Assembly: GCA_038231275.1 (NCBI GenBank)
Contig: JBBRLQ010000005.1
Location: 323,645 to 387,644 of the forward strand
Direction of reading: 5' to 3'
Source: Polyangiales bacterium
Lineage (GTDB): Bacteria; Myxococcota_A; Polyangia; Polyangiales; Polyangiaceae
DNA: 64,000 nucleotides
Shown here: piece after piece, positions 1-9,479 of the stretch
How positions within the stretch are numbered: position 1 is the first letter of the stretch
Layout: the number at the start of each line of letters is the position of its first letter
The notes under the pieces: generated by a model
Seen by the model: only the letters and a program-made list of their open reading frames with translations
Told to the model about the DNA's origin: nothing
Database searches by the model: none
Program-made: the position numbers and the translations under genes

Positions 1-1300
1 CCGAGCTCGGGTTCCAGTGCTGGCACACGTCGTCGTCGCCGCCCCCCATCGAGCGCCCCATCTCCGACGCGAGCACGATCGTCGTGTAGTCGAAGTAGCT
101 CTTGCCAGTCGCCGCGTACTGCGTGCTCTTGAGGCGCGCCACGAGCGCCTTCAGCGGCGTCCACATGTTGACGTCGATCTGGTTCTTCTGGTCGTACTGC
201 CCCTTGTTCGAAAGCACGTTGGCGCGGCTGCGGTGGCTGTCGAAGCCGCGCACGTCGCGTGACTCGATCCAGAACGCGATCGACGCGCCCTTCGTCATGA
301 GCTCGTAGGTCATGAGCGCCTGGACGTTCGTATTGGGCGAGTTCTTCGAGCGCGCGGGGTTGCCGTTGACCGCCGTGGACGTCGTCTGCTCGTCGGCGGT
401 CTTCACGTTGAACTCGGTCCGCAACGTCGCGTCCGTGAACATCGTCGACGGATTCAACGTCGCGCCGCCCGACACCAGCGCCGCGTGCGCCTGGACGGCC
501 GCCGCGAACGCCTGGGTCGTCGTGCCGTGCTTGTCCTTGAGGAAGTTCGTATTCAGGTTCTCCACGAACTTGTGGATCTCCTTGTCGCGGCCCGCGCCCG
601 AGGCCGCGGCCACCGACGCGATGCGCTGCCGCATGACCGTCGGGGTGCTCCCGTAGATCGTGTTCGCGTACGCCGGTCCGAGCTTCTCGTAGTAGCCGGT
701 GCCTTCGGGGTAGTCCGCTGAGCTGAGCTCACCGTCGGCGAGCCAGTTGTGCCAGCTGATGTGCGGCATGAAATACGCCGATCCGTACGCTTCGCAGAAC
801 GCCTGCATGACCGAGCGCTCGTCGGGCCCGCGCTTGGCCGAGAACGTCATGTCGTATTTGCCCATGTGGTACTGGAGGCGGCTGCCGGAGTGGAACGTGC
901 CGCCGTGGTGGCTCGACACGACCGCCATGTCGGGGAAGAGCGACGTTCCGCTCCCGGCGAGGTGCCCGTACTTGATGTTGCCCGACGTGCTCACCGGATA
1001 GAGACCGTTCACGAGCGCGATGTTGGGGCGGTAGATCTGATCGAGGGGCGCAGCAGTGGCGCCGCCGAGCGCGTCGTTGCGCGTGGCGACGGGGTTCAGC
1101 ATCGAATAGCCGTCCCAGCCTCCCTCGTTGAACCAGTAGATGAGGAAGCGCGGCTGGCCGACGACCTGCGCCGCCGCCTCCGCGAGCCCGAGCGAGCGCG
1201 CGGTGCCGGGCACGCCGTTTTGGCGGAAGTACCGCATCCAGTCGAGCATGCCGATCGCATACGAGCCGCTGACCGCCGCGAGGAATTCTCTACGTTTCAT
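1..1300 (-). CDS. DUF1501-like Tat-exported protein (3' end runs off the window)
   Basis: Not in the ORF track; read manually. ATG at 1300 follows an AGGAGAG RBS. It reads MKRREFLAAVSG (twin-Arg), then RFLIYWFNEGGWDG, and later GFDSH and SEMGRS, motifs typical of DUF1501. Confidence 0.8.
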   Translation of the reverse strand, partial: MKRREFLAAVSGSYAIGMLDWMRYFRQNGVPGTARSLGLAEAAAQVVGQPRFLIYWFNEGGWDGYSMLNPVATRNDALGGATAAPLDQIYRPNIALVNGLYPVSTSGNIKYGHLAGSGTSLFPDMAVVSSHHGGTFHSGSRLQYHMGKYDMTFSAKRGPDERSVMQAFCEAYGSAYFMPHISWHNWLADGELSSADYPEGTGYYEKLGPAYANTIYGSTPTVMRQRIASVAAASGAGRDKEIHKFVENLNTNFLKDKHGTTTQAFAAAVQAHAALVSGGATLNPSTMFTDATLRTEFNVKTADEQTTSTAVNGNPARSKNSPNTNVQALMTYELMTKGASIAFWIESRDVRGFDSHRSRANVLSNKGQYDQKNQIDVNMWTPLKALVARLKSTQYAATGKSYFDYTTIVLASEMGRSMGGGDDDVCQHWNPSS

Positions 1301-1309
1301 GGTCTCTCC

Positions 1310-2914
1310 TCAGTTCCCCAGGTAGCCGGGGACACCGGCGGCGATGACTTTGACGATTTCGCGCAGGTCGCCCTGCTTGCTCCACGCGGCGTTCCAGAGC
1401 GCGAGGTAGAGAACGCGCTCGTCCTCGCTGTAACGCATCTGCCGGCCGAGGAAGAAGAGGAACTGCGCCTGGAACGTCTGCCGGAAGAACTTCTCCTTGC
1501 GGACGGCGACGGTGGAGAAAGCCTCCATCCCGGCTCCCTTGAACGGATAATCCGGCACCACGCCCTTGTCGGAGTCGTCGATGGTGGCGCCGGTCAAATC
1601 GGTCGTGCGGTACGTGCCGTCGTCGGCCCATTTCAGGCGCTGGAACTCGAGCGGCGTCAGGATGCCGTGGCACGTGACGCACAGGCTGCCCGGCTCGACG
1701 GTCGATCCCGCCGTCGCCGAGATGCGTCCCGCGAGGATGGCCGGCGTGATCTCGAAGAGCTGCCCCATGTAGTCGGTCATGACGCGCGCCGCGTAGTTGT
1801 AGTGCGGCAGACCCGGCTTCGTCTTGATGAAGCCCGGCATCGTGAGCACACCGCTCTTTCCGTGCTCGGGGCCGCGCGTGATCTTGTTCCATTGCGCGTC
1901 GACCGAGTAGTCCGCGGTGAGGACGTCCTGCATCGGCGCGCCGTTGATCATCAGGTAGGTCCAGAGGCGGGCGGGCTCGCTCGACTCCGGCGTCCTGACG
2001 CTCTCGGTGCGCACCTGCGCGCGGTGGTAATAGAAATCGCGGAACTCCGGCGTCCCGATGTAGTGCGTGACCTTCTCGACGACGCTCTTGCCCGCGAGGC
2101 TCGTGATCTCGGCGTCGCTCGGCAAGCGCCCCGACAAATCGAGGGCGAGCTTTACGAGCTGCATCCGCTCTTTGTCGGCGCCGGTGACGACGGCGACGCT
2201 CGGCGGCAGCGTGAAGAGGAAGTCGGGATGACGCACGAGGCCTTCGCAGAGACCCGCCCACGCGCTCGCCGCGTCGGGGCTGATCGGCTTCAGCGTCGTG
2301 ACGAGCGCGACGGCGTCGGTGACCTCTTGCGCGAGTGGCGCGCGGAGGAGGAGCTTCTGATAAAGCGTCGTCGCGAGCGCCGTGTCGCCGCCGGCGGGAT
2401 TCGCCGGATCGCTTCCGGCGAACGGCCCGGTCTTGTTCGTCGCCGCGCGCGCGCACGAGTCCTTCGCCACGCCGTCGAGCGCGACGAGGAAGTCCGGCGA
2501 CGCGACGCGCGCCTCGCTGAACGTGGTCTTGAAATCCGCGCCGCCGAGCAGTGCGATCTTGGTCGCGAAGTACGCCTCGGTGCCGCCGCCGATGCCGGTG
2601 TCGGCGAAGAGCTGCGTCACGCGCGCCTTCAGCTGGAGGTAGCTGACGAACGTGTTCTCGTAGTCGGTGTTCGGCGGTCCGGTGTACGGACCGAGGAGCT
2701 CCGGCGGAAATTGTTCGTCGGCGAGGGTCCCGCCGGGGATCGGCGTCGGCCCGCCCTCGGCCGTCGTCCCTCCGTCGTCACCCGTGCCGGGCGGCGTCGG
2801 TGGCGTCGCGCCGGACGTTCCGCCGGCGTTCAACGCGTCGGGATTTCCACTCGAGCAGGCGGCCGCCACGGCGACGCCGAGCACGAGGCCCAGGAGATTT
2901 CGATGAGGGCTCAT
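1310..2914 (-). CDS. Lipoprotein with a single CxxCH motif, DUF1549/DUF1585/DUF1588-like partner of DUF1501
   Basis: Start re-chosen at MSPHRNLLGLVLGVAVAAAC (lipobox). Has SGVLTMPGF and CVTCH; lies directly upstream of the DUF1501-like gene. Confidence 0.7.
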   Translation of the reverse strand: MSPHRNLLGLVLGVAVAAACSSGNPDALNAGGTSGATPPTPPGTGDDGGTTAEGGPTPIPGGTLADEQFPPELLGPYTGPPNTDYENTFVSYLQLKARVTQLFADTGIGGGTEAYFATKIALLGGADFKTTFSEARVASPDFLVALDGVAKDSCARAATNKTGPFAGSDPANPAGGDTALATTLYQKLLLRAPLAQEVTDAVALVTTLKPISPDAASAWAGLCEGLVRHPDFLFTLPPSVAVVTGADKERMQLVKLALDLSGRLPSDAEITSLAGKSVVEKVTHYIGTPEFRDFYYHRAQVRTESVRTPESSEPARLWTYLMINGAPMQDVLTADYSVDAQWNKITRGPEHGKSGVLTMPGFIKTKPGLPHYNYAARVMTDYMGQLFEITPAILAGRISATAGSTVEPGSLCVTCHGILTPLEFQRLKWADDGTYRTTDLTGATIDDSDKGVVPDYPFKGAGMEAFSTVAVRKEKFFRQTFQAQFLFFLGRQMRYSEDERVLYLALWNAAWSKQGDLREIVKVIAAGVPGYLGN

Positions 2915-3109
2915 TCGGCGTCCAGCAACGCAAGAGATGTGCACACTCATTGAACGCCGAAATAGCGGAGTCATTCTCCGCCTGGATCTGCGACGCGCGG
3001 CGGACCAGGCGCGTCCATGAAGGAGGCCCGATCCATGTGCGCGGTCGGTGCTGATGAGCACCAACATGCGCCTGGATCGGCGTGGGCCCAGACGCTTTGC
3101 CCGACTCTT

Positions 3110-6004
3110 CTACGGCGAGGTCCAGACCACGTGATCCTCGGCCGCCGCGATCACGTCGGCGCGCGCGAAGGGAATCGGGCGATTCTGGTTTCGACGCCAG
3201 CGCTCCGCCTCGTCACGGAAGTGCGGGCTCGCGTTGTCCCAGATTTCTCCACCCGGAAGCGCGTTGCGTGCGACGGGACCGGAGGGCGTCATCTCGACCA
3301 CGAAGCGCTGCGTCGGCCCGTGGCTGTAGTGGAACGTCGTCGTCGCGAGTGCGTCGCCCAGGCCATAGCCGCCGACGTCGATGTTGTAGCCGTCGCCGTG
3401 CCGCGGGAACCCGTCCGGGAACACCGGATCGGTGTCCGGCGGGATCGACAGGCCGGGCCACAGCGACACGAGGGACGAGAAGCGCAGCCGATGGAGCTTG
3501 CCCCAGCGCCAGCCGTTCGTGTCGGCGCCGAGCTTGGACTTCAGGTAGTCGAGGCCGTCGAGGAGCGACAGGAGCGCCCGCTGGTCGCGCGTCTCGACCA
3601 CCGCGGCGGTGGAGAGATCGTCGAAGAGGATGCTGTCCTTGAGCGTCGCGTCGTAGGTCTTGAGCGTGGACGGCGGCGGCAGCATCACGTTGACGAGGCC
3701 TCGGACCAGATCGTAGCCGTCGCGCGTGCCGAGCGCGGTCGTCTCGTCGCCGAAGACGTTGAACACCATCGCGACGAGCCACGTGTTGAAGATGGCGGTC
3801 GCCTTGCTTGCCGTCGCCTCCTTCGCGTCGGTGACCAAGCCGTCGTCGTCGGGGGAGACGCCGGACGCTGCGTCGTAGTCGCTGTCGGCCGCCCATTTGG
3901 TGAGCGCGTCCTTCGCCTCCGCGATCAGCGCGGGGGAGTAGCGCGCGCCTGCGACGAGGGCGGCGATGTCGGGGTGCGAGCCCGGCGTGGCCTTCTCTGC
4001 CTGAGCGCTGGCGATCGCGGCGAGGAGCTTGGGTGCGAGCATGTTCCCGATCGACGACTTGGCGTCGGCTTGGATGCTCGCCATGTCATCGAGCGTGATC
4101 GGGTGGCCGGTGTTCTCGATGCGCTGGTGCACCCGCCCGACGCGGAAGCCCGGATCGTGGAAGCAGGCGGTGTAGACGGGATCGCCGCTCGGCAGCACGT
4201 CGTTGGAGGGATCGTTGTCGAGCGTGCCGCCCACTTGGTCGCCGTTGGCGGTCCCGATGTACTCCTTCTTGGGGTTCTTGATGTGCGGGACGAAGCCCTC
4301 GTCGAGGAACTTGTCGGTCCACTCGGCGCTTCCGTCGCCCGGCAGCACCAAGCAAGGCAGCGTTCCGGAGTAGGTGGCGGGCGACCACGTGTATGCGGCC
4401 TTCACGCGCAACGGGATCTGCGACTGCGTCGTGTAGAAGATGTCCCCGTGGCTGTCGGCGACGACCCAGTTCTGTGCGCCGACCTCGAAGCTGCGAAAGG
4501 CGGTCCGCGCGTCCTCGACGTTCTTGGCCTGGACGAGCTTGGCGACGGTGTCGAGCTCGTGGGTGGGCTGATGGCCGGTCCAGCGAACGCTGAGCGAGCT
4601 CGGGAGAGGCGGGTGAACCTGATGATCGGCGCCGATGTTGGGGACCAGCGGCCCGTGGTGTGGAACGATGAGCACGTCGAACTCGTACGAGCCGCCGCCT
4701 GCGATGGGGATGATCTCGTGCACCTTCTGGAAGGTCACGGGCTGCCCCTTGTAAACGACGCCGCTGAGATCGGCGGTCAGCGTCTCCTTGTAGACATCGG
4801 TCACGTCGTAGTCGGCGGTGGTCGCGCCCCACGCGATGTTCTCGTTCATGCCGAGGATGATCGCGGGGATGCCGGGGAAGGAGAGGCCCGCGAAATCGAG
4901 CGGCGCCTGCGGATCGGAGACGTTCACGTGCACCATCCAGAACACGCTCGGGGCGCTCAGCGACAAGTGCGGATCGCTCGCGAGCATCGCGTGGCCAGTG
5001 GCGGTGAGCTGGGGGCCGACGATCCAGTTGTTCGAGCCGGTGAACGCCTTGTCGCCGAGCAGATGGCGGATCGTCTTCAGCGCGTCGGTGAACGGCTTGG
5101 CCGCGGCGAGGGTCCCCTCCGACACGCGCGGCGTGCGGACCTTCGCCGCGGGCGATGCCCCGTGGACCGGCATGCCGGTCTTGCCCGGATCGTTGGGGAA
5201 GCCGTCCATCGCCAGCGTGGGATCAATCGGCGCGAAGCGCGCCACGTCGTTCAAGAAGCCGGCGCGCTTGGCCAGGTTCGGGTCGACGGCGCCCGGCGCG
5301 AACTTGGTGCGCGACGCCTCGACGAGCTGCGTGAACGAAATTTCGTCGTCGGCCTGGTAGCCGAGGTTGAACGCCTGGAACCGCGCGACCGCGAGCACGT
5401 CTGTGCCGGTCCACGGCGCGAACGCCGTCTTTTTCAGCCCGAACATGTAATCCGGGTAGTGCTCCTGCCCGGCGTTCACGCGCGTGTTGAACTGGTTGAT
5501 CCCATCGACGTACGCGTCGACCCATTTCTTGAGATCGCCGCCCGCCGGCAGCGCGTCGTACATCTGCTTGGCGACCCGCGCGAGGCCGACGGTGCGGATG
5601 GCGATGTCGGTGTCGACGAGTCCTGGCGCCTGATCGCCGAAGAGCTCGGCGAGACGACCGGTGGCCGAGCGCCGCAGCACTTCGAGCTGCGCGGTGCGAT
5701 CCTTCGACACTTGGTAGCCCTGCACGCGGAACGCATCTTCGGCGTTCGTCGCGTAGATGTGGATCATGCCGTACTTGTCCCGAAGGACGTCGACCGGTCC
5801 GTGAAGGTTCCCGATCGAGACCTTGCCGGTGACCGGCGGGAGATCGCCCCCATCGGGCCCTGCGTCGACCCCCGGCGGGACCGTCACGTCGAACGCGCCG
5901 CCGCCGCCGCCGTCCTTGGGCGCGAAGGTCACGTCGTCTCCACCGCAGGAGGACGCGAGCGAAGCAAGGGCGAGGCACGAAAGGACGAGGAACTGGCGCT
6001 TCAT
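3110..6004 (-). CDS. Penicillin acylase family (Ntn-hydrolase) lipoprotein
   Basis: VDVLRDKYGMIHIYA, GSNNW (catalytic Ser), ASDPHL, TANGD and WRWGKLH motifs; lipobox LASSC. Confidence 0.92.
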   Translation of the reverse strand: MKRQFLVLSCLALASLASSCGGDDVTFAPKDGGGGGAFDVTVPPGVDAGPDGGDLPPVTGKVSIGNLHGPVDVLRDKYGMIHIYATNAEDAFRVQGYQVSKDRTAQLEVLRRSATGRLAELFGDQAPGLVDTDIAIRTVGLARVAKQMYDALPAGGDLKKWVDAYVDGINQFNTRVNAGQEHYPDYMFGLKKTAFAPWTGTDVLAVARFQAFNLGYQADDEISFTQLVEASRTKFAPGAVDPNLAKRAGFLNDVARFAPIDPTLAMDGFPNDPGKTGMPVHGASPAAKVRTPRVSEGTLAAAKPFTDALKTIRHLLGDKAFTGSNNWIVGPQLTATGHAMLASDPHLSLSAPSVFWMVHVNVSDPQAPLDFAGLSFPGIPAIILGMNENIAWGATTADYDVTDVYKETLTADLSGVVYKGQPVTFQKVHEIIPIAGGGSYEFDVLIVPHHGPLVPNIGADHQVHPPLPSSLSVRWTGHQPTHELDTVAKLVQAKNVEDARTAFRSFEVGAQNWVVADSHGDIFYTTQSQIPLRVKAAYTWSPATYSGTLPCLVLPGDGSAEWTDKFLDEGFVPHIKNPKKEYIGTANGDQVGGTLDNDPSNDVLPSGDPVYTACFHDPGFRVGRVHQRIENTGHPITLDDMASIQADAKSSIGNMLAPKLLAAIASAQAEKATPGSHPDIAALVAGARYSPALIAEAKDALTKWAADSDYDAASGVSPDDDGLVTDAKEATASKATAIFNTWLVAMVFNVFGDETTALGTRDGYDLVRGLVNVMLPPPSTLKTYDATLKDSILFDDLSTAAVVETRDQRALLSLLDGLDYLKSKLGADTNGWRWGKLHRLRFSSLVSLWPGLSIPPDTDPVFPDGFPRHGDGYNIDVGGYGLGDALATTTFHYSHGPTQRFVVEMTPSGPVARNALPGGEIWDNASPHFRDEAERWRRNQNRPIPFARADVIAAAEDHVVWTSP

Positions 6005-6044
6005 TGGGCGCGAGTATGCCATTTTTCACGGCGCATCCGGGCGC

Positions 6045-6761
6045 TCACGGACCGAGCGCGTCGAGCACCGCGCGCGCCTCGGCCTTTCGATACCCCTTGA
6101 AATCCCCGCGTGCGAACGGCTCGAGCGCGTCGCGCGCCTCGTCGTTGCGTCCGAGACGGACGAGGTCGAGGCCCCTGTTGTACCGCGCCTCCAGCGCATA
6201 CCGCCCGCGCGGGAACGCCGCGAGGTACGCGTCCCATCCCGCGACGGCCCGGGCGGGATCCTTGTCGACGAAATGGGCGCGATGGGCAACGGAGTAGAGG
6301 CGGTCCTCCACGTCGGAGGCCGCGGCGGGAGGGGGGAGGGGGCCAGCGGAGGTCGCGGTCGAGGTTTGAGTCGGCGCCGGAGTCGGGGTCGGGGTCGGAG
6401 TCGTGGTCGGGGTCGGAGTCGGGGTCGGAGTCGGGGTCGGGGTCGGAGTCGGGGTCGGGGTCGGAATCAGGGTCGGGGTCGGCGCTGAGGTCCGCGTGTT
6501 CGTCAGCGCGTCGATGGCGCGTGAGAGGCGGCCCGTCGCTGCGGCCCATGCCGTGGCCGCGAAGAAGGTCGCCGCGAGGGCGATGGCGACGTAGCCCCAG
6601 CGCGCTCGGCGTCGCCGGGTGGCGGACGCCGCGAGGAGGATGCGGGCGCGCGTGCGGGGCGCCAGGCTCGGCGCGCGCACGTCCGCGGTCGTTTCGCGCA
6701 GGGCTGTGAACGCTTCGCGGAGGTGCGCGTCGTCGTCCTGCTCGTCGTGGAGCGGCGTCAT
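6045..6761 (-). CDS. Putative anti-sigma factor: TM helix, (PT)n linker, C-terminal TPR-like domain
   Basis: Overlaps the ECF stop (ATGA). One hydrophobic segment; YLAAFPRGRYALEARY TPR-like motif. Confidence 0.7.
   Translation of the reverse strand: MTPLHDEQDDDAHLREAFTALRETTADVRAPSLAPRTRARILLAASATRRRRARWGYVAIALAATFFAATAWAAATGRLSRAIDALTNTRTSAPTPTLIPTPTPTPTPTPTPTPTPTPTTTPTPTPTPAPTQTSTATSAGPLPPPAAASDVEDRLYSVAHRAHFVDKDPARAVAGWDAYLAAFPRGRYALEARYNRGLDLVRLGRNDEARDALEPFARGDFKGYRKAEARAVLDALGP
6370..6485. repeat. Hexamer tandem repeat (GGGGTC/GGAGTC)n encoding a Pro-Thr linker
   Basis: Directly visible in the sequence. Confidence 0.9.
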
Positions 6762-7354
6762 TCGATTCCCCTCTTCGTGAGCGCGGCGCGCAGCTTCTTT
6801 TTGCCGTGAAACACGCGCGTCCGAATCGTTGCCTCCGGCGCGCCCGTGATCTGCGCCGCCTCGCCGGCCGTTCGCTCCTCGACCTCGCAGAGGACGATCG
6901 CGATGCGCTGCTCCAACGGCAGCTCGTCGAGCGCGGCGCGCAGCGCGTCGGCGAGCTCCTGACGGCGGGCCTTCGACTCCGGGCCGCTCGGCGGGGTCGA
7001 CTCGTCGCCTGCCACCGCGCTCATCGCGGCGGCGCGGCGCGCGGTGCTCCTGGCGTGGTGCCGCGCGTGGTTGGCAGCGACGCCGATCACGAAGGATCGC
7101 AGCGGCGCGTCGCCGCGATACCGCCGTGCCGCGCTCGGCAACGCGAGGAACGTCTCCTGCACCAAGTCTTCGGCCGCCGTTGCGTCGCCGACGAGCCGCC
7201 TCGCGAAGCGCCTCACTTGCTCGTGGAAGGCGTCGTAGGCCTCCCCGAGCGCCTCGACCTCGCCATGCGCGAGCCGCGCCGCGAGCCGGCCGTCGGGACC
7301 CGCCTCGACGTCGCCTTCCACAGCCTCGTGACTAACACGTACCGCCGCGTTCAC
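6758..7354 (-). CDS. ECF RNA polymerase sigma factor
   Basis: Region 2 AEDLVQETFL; region 4 LDELPLEQR...EATIRTRVFHGKKKLR. Confidence 0.92.
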   Translation of the reverse strand: MNAAVRVSHEAVEGDVEAGPDGRLAARLAHGEVEALGEAYDAFHEQVRRFARRLVGDATAAEDLVQETFLALPSAARRYRGDAPLRSFVIGVAANHARHHARSTARRAAAMSAVAGDESTPPSGPESKARRQELADALRAALDELPLEQRIAIVLCEVEERTAGEAAQITGAPEATIRTRVFHGKKKLRAALTKRGIE

Positions 7355-7416
7355 GCCAAGCGGTTCCCGCGCGCGCGCATTCCATTCAAGAGAATCTTTT
7401 CAAAGGAACGTTTCTT

Positions 7417-8523
7417 TCAAAAGACGCCGCCGAGCCCGACCATCGCGCCGCCCGCGATGGGGGAGACGGAGAAGCGCGGGCCGGCCGTGGCGCTGGAGGG
7501 CCTTACGGCGCGCCCGCTCGTCTTCTCGAACACGCGCAGGGACGTCTCCAGGGGACCGTCGGTCGCCGCGTAGATCACGCCTGCCAGCGCACCGAACGCG
7601 CCATAGGCGAGGAGAAACCCGGCATCGGTTTTTCGGTTCGCCCCCCACGTTCGTTCGTCGACGAGCGCCCAGGTCCCGAGGCCGGCGCCGACGCCCGCGA
7701 CGGCGAACCCCAAGATCGCAGAGAAGCGTCGGGCGCGCATCTCGTCGGCCGCGGCATTAGCCCATGCCTCGTCGAGCTCTATCGGCTGGAGAGCCGCCTT
7801 CCCGAGGAGCTCTTCGAACGGCGAATCGGGCGCGAGCGCGAATCCGAGGGCGGCGTACAACGCGCCGCCCGCGCTGAAAAAGAGGATGGTGGGGCCGGTC
7901 GTACGATCGCCGCTAGCATACACCGCGGTCCCCACGCCTATGCCGGTCGCCGCGACGCCCAGCACGCCGAAGAGAACGGCCCTGCGGAACCGGCGGTCCT
8001 GAGCGGCGTAGTATTCGAGGATTTCCCGTACGTTCACCCGACTGGGGCGCGGCGCGTCGTCACGCGTCGGGGACGGAGCTGCAGCTTCTCTCTTTCTCCG
8101 GAGATCGCGCGCGAGCTCCGCGCCCTCGTCGCGCGCAAGGTTGCCGGCGACCAGCACCGCTTCGCGACGTGCGGTGTCCGGGTCGGCGGGGAGCGCCACC
8201 GTCCGAACCGTCGGCGCCGCTTTGGCGAGGTAGGTGATGCGCATCGCGTGCTTGGCGCCGTAGACCTCGACGCGGAGCGTCCCCTTGGCGCCCGGCGCAC
8301 GCGGATCGTCGGGGGCGACCGCCGTGGCGTGCAGCTCCTCGCTGAGGGCTGCGCGCAGCTTCTCGACATCCAGGATCGCGCTGCCATCGTCGACCTCGAC
8401 GACGACGGTCTCGGGTTCGGCCGCCCGCGCGTCCGACTCCCCCAGAATCCCCACGAGGGCGAGAACACCCAAGAGCAACACAAGCGCACGAAAAAACGGC
8501 ATCCAAGCACTCCTTCTGATCAA
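7417..8523 (-). CDS. Hypothetical membrane protein (signal peptide, several C-terminal TM segments)
   Basis: N-terminal signal-like segment; GAMVGLGGVF C-terminus; overlaps the upstream gene. Alternative start at 8502. Confidence 0.65.
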   Translation of the reverse strand: MIRRSAWMPFFRALVLLLGVLALVGILGESDARAAEPETVVVEVDDGSAILDVEKLRAALSEELHATAVAPDDPRAPGAKGTLRVEVYGAKHAMRITYLAKAAPTVRTVALPADPDTARREAVLVAGNLARDEGAELARDLRRKREAAAPSPTRDDAPRPSRVNVREILEYYAAQDRRFRRAVLFGVLGVAATGIGVGTAVYASGDRTTGPTILFFSAGGALYAALGFALAPDSPFEELLGKAALQPIELDEAWANAAADEMRARRFSAILGFAVAGVGAGLGTWALVDERTWGANRKTDAGFLLAYGAFGALAGVIYAATDGPLETSLRVFEKTSGRAVRPSSATAGPRFSVSPIAGGAMVGLGGVF

Positions 8524-9425
8524 GGGTGCCCGCGGCGCGCCGTTTCGTTCAATCGCTCCACGGGCACGCCGAGCAGCTCGGCCTCGCGGACGACGGTGGA
8601 GAGACCCTCTTCATCGGACGCGTGGAAGAGCGCGTCGGCTGCGCCGATCCACGCGAGCGCGTCGTCGCGAGAGACCTTCCCGACGAAGCGCGCGTCGACC
8701 CCACGGCGGCGCGCGTGCTCCAGGAGACGCGCGCGCTCGGGGCCGTCGCCGACGAGGACCAGGCGCGCGCCGCGCTCGTGAGCGGCGATGTATTCGATCG
8801 CGCGATCGAAGCGCTTGCTTCGCACGAGACGCCCCACAGCGACGAAGAGCGGCGCGCCGATCTCGAGACGCCGCTGGCGAGCGCGGTCGGCCACGTCGGG
8901 GATCTCGATCGGGCTCGGGGCCACGATGGCGACCGCACGCACGAGGTCGCGTGTCGCGTCGGTCAGCCCGTCGGTGAGGCGGGCGAGCAGCGCCTCCGAC
9001 ACGAAGCGCCAGAGCGCGACGCGCGCGACGATCGCACGAACCATGCGCGCCCGTATCGGCGCCGGCAACGCGAGGAGCAGTCGCACGTCAGCCCCGTGTG
9101 AGACCCCTTCGACGCGCGCTCGCCCACCGAGCGCGATCGGGAATACCGAGGGCACGACCCAGTGGCACACGATGCGCTCCGCGTTCGCCGACGCGAGCTC
9201 TCGTCGCGCGTGGACGATCCAACGCGCGGCGCCGAACGCCCTCCACGGCGCGGCGCGCAGGCGTGCGGCCACGCCAGGCCAGCCGAACGCCCCCGTAGGG
9301 TGCGGCGCGATGACCTGGACCTCGTGCCCTTCGCGCTCCATCGCCCGGACCTCGGCGCGAACGAAATGGCCGGCCGGATCCCCTTCGCTCGCGGGGTAGC
9401 TGGTGGTGACGACGGCGACGCGCAC
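8520..9425 (-). CDS. Glycosyltransferase family 4 (GT-B)
   Basis: RVAVVTTSYP, VGRLVRSKRFD, LVGDGPER, EGLSTVVREA. Confidence 0.88.
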   Translation of the reverse strand: MRVAVVTTSYPASEGDPAGHFVRAEVRAMEREGHEVQVIAPHPTGAFGWPGVAARLRAAPWRAFGAARWIVHARRELASANAERIVCHWVVPSVFPIALGGRARVEGVSHGADVRLLLALPAPIRARMVRAIVARVALWRFVSEALLARLTDGLTDATRDLVRAVAIVAPSPIEIPDVADRARQRRLEIGAPLFVAVGRLVRSKRFDRAIEYIAAHERGARLVLVGDGPERARLLEHARRRGVDARFVGKVSRDDALAWIGAADALFHASDEEGLSTVVREAELLGVPVERLNETARRGHP

Positions 9426-9479
9426 GCCGGGAGGGTAGCCTGCTCCGCAGGCGCGGGACGGTGCTACCTTCTCCCGGCC

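Noticed and set aside
749..6100. Long + strand ORFs (734 aa and 1027 aa) and many similar antisense ORFs across the window
   Set aside because: Shadow frames of real opposite-strand genes in high-GC DNA; Arg/Val-rich with no motifs.
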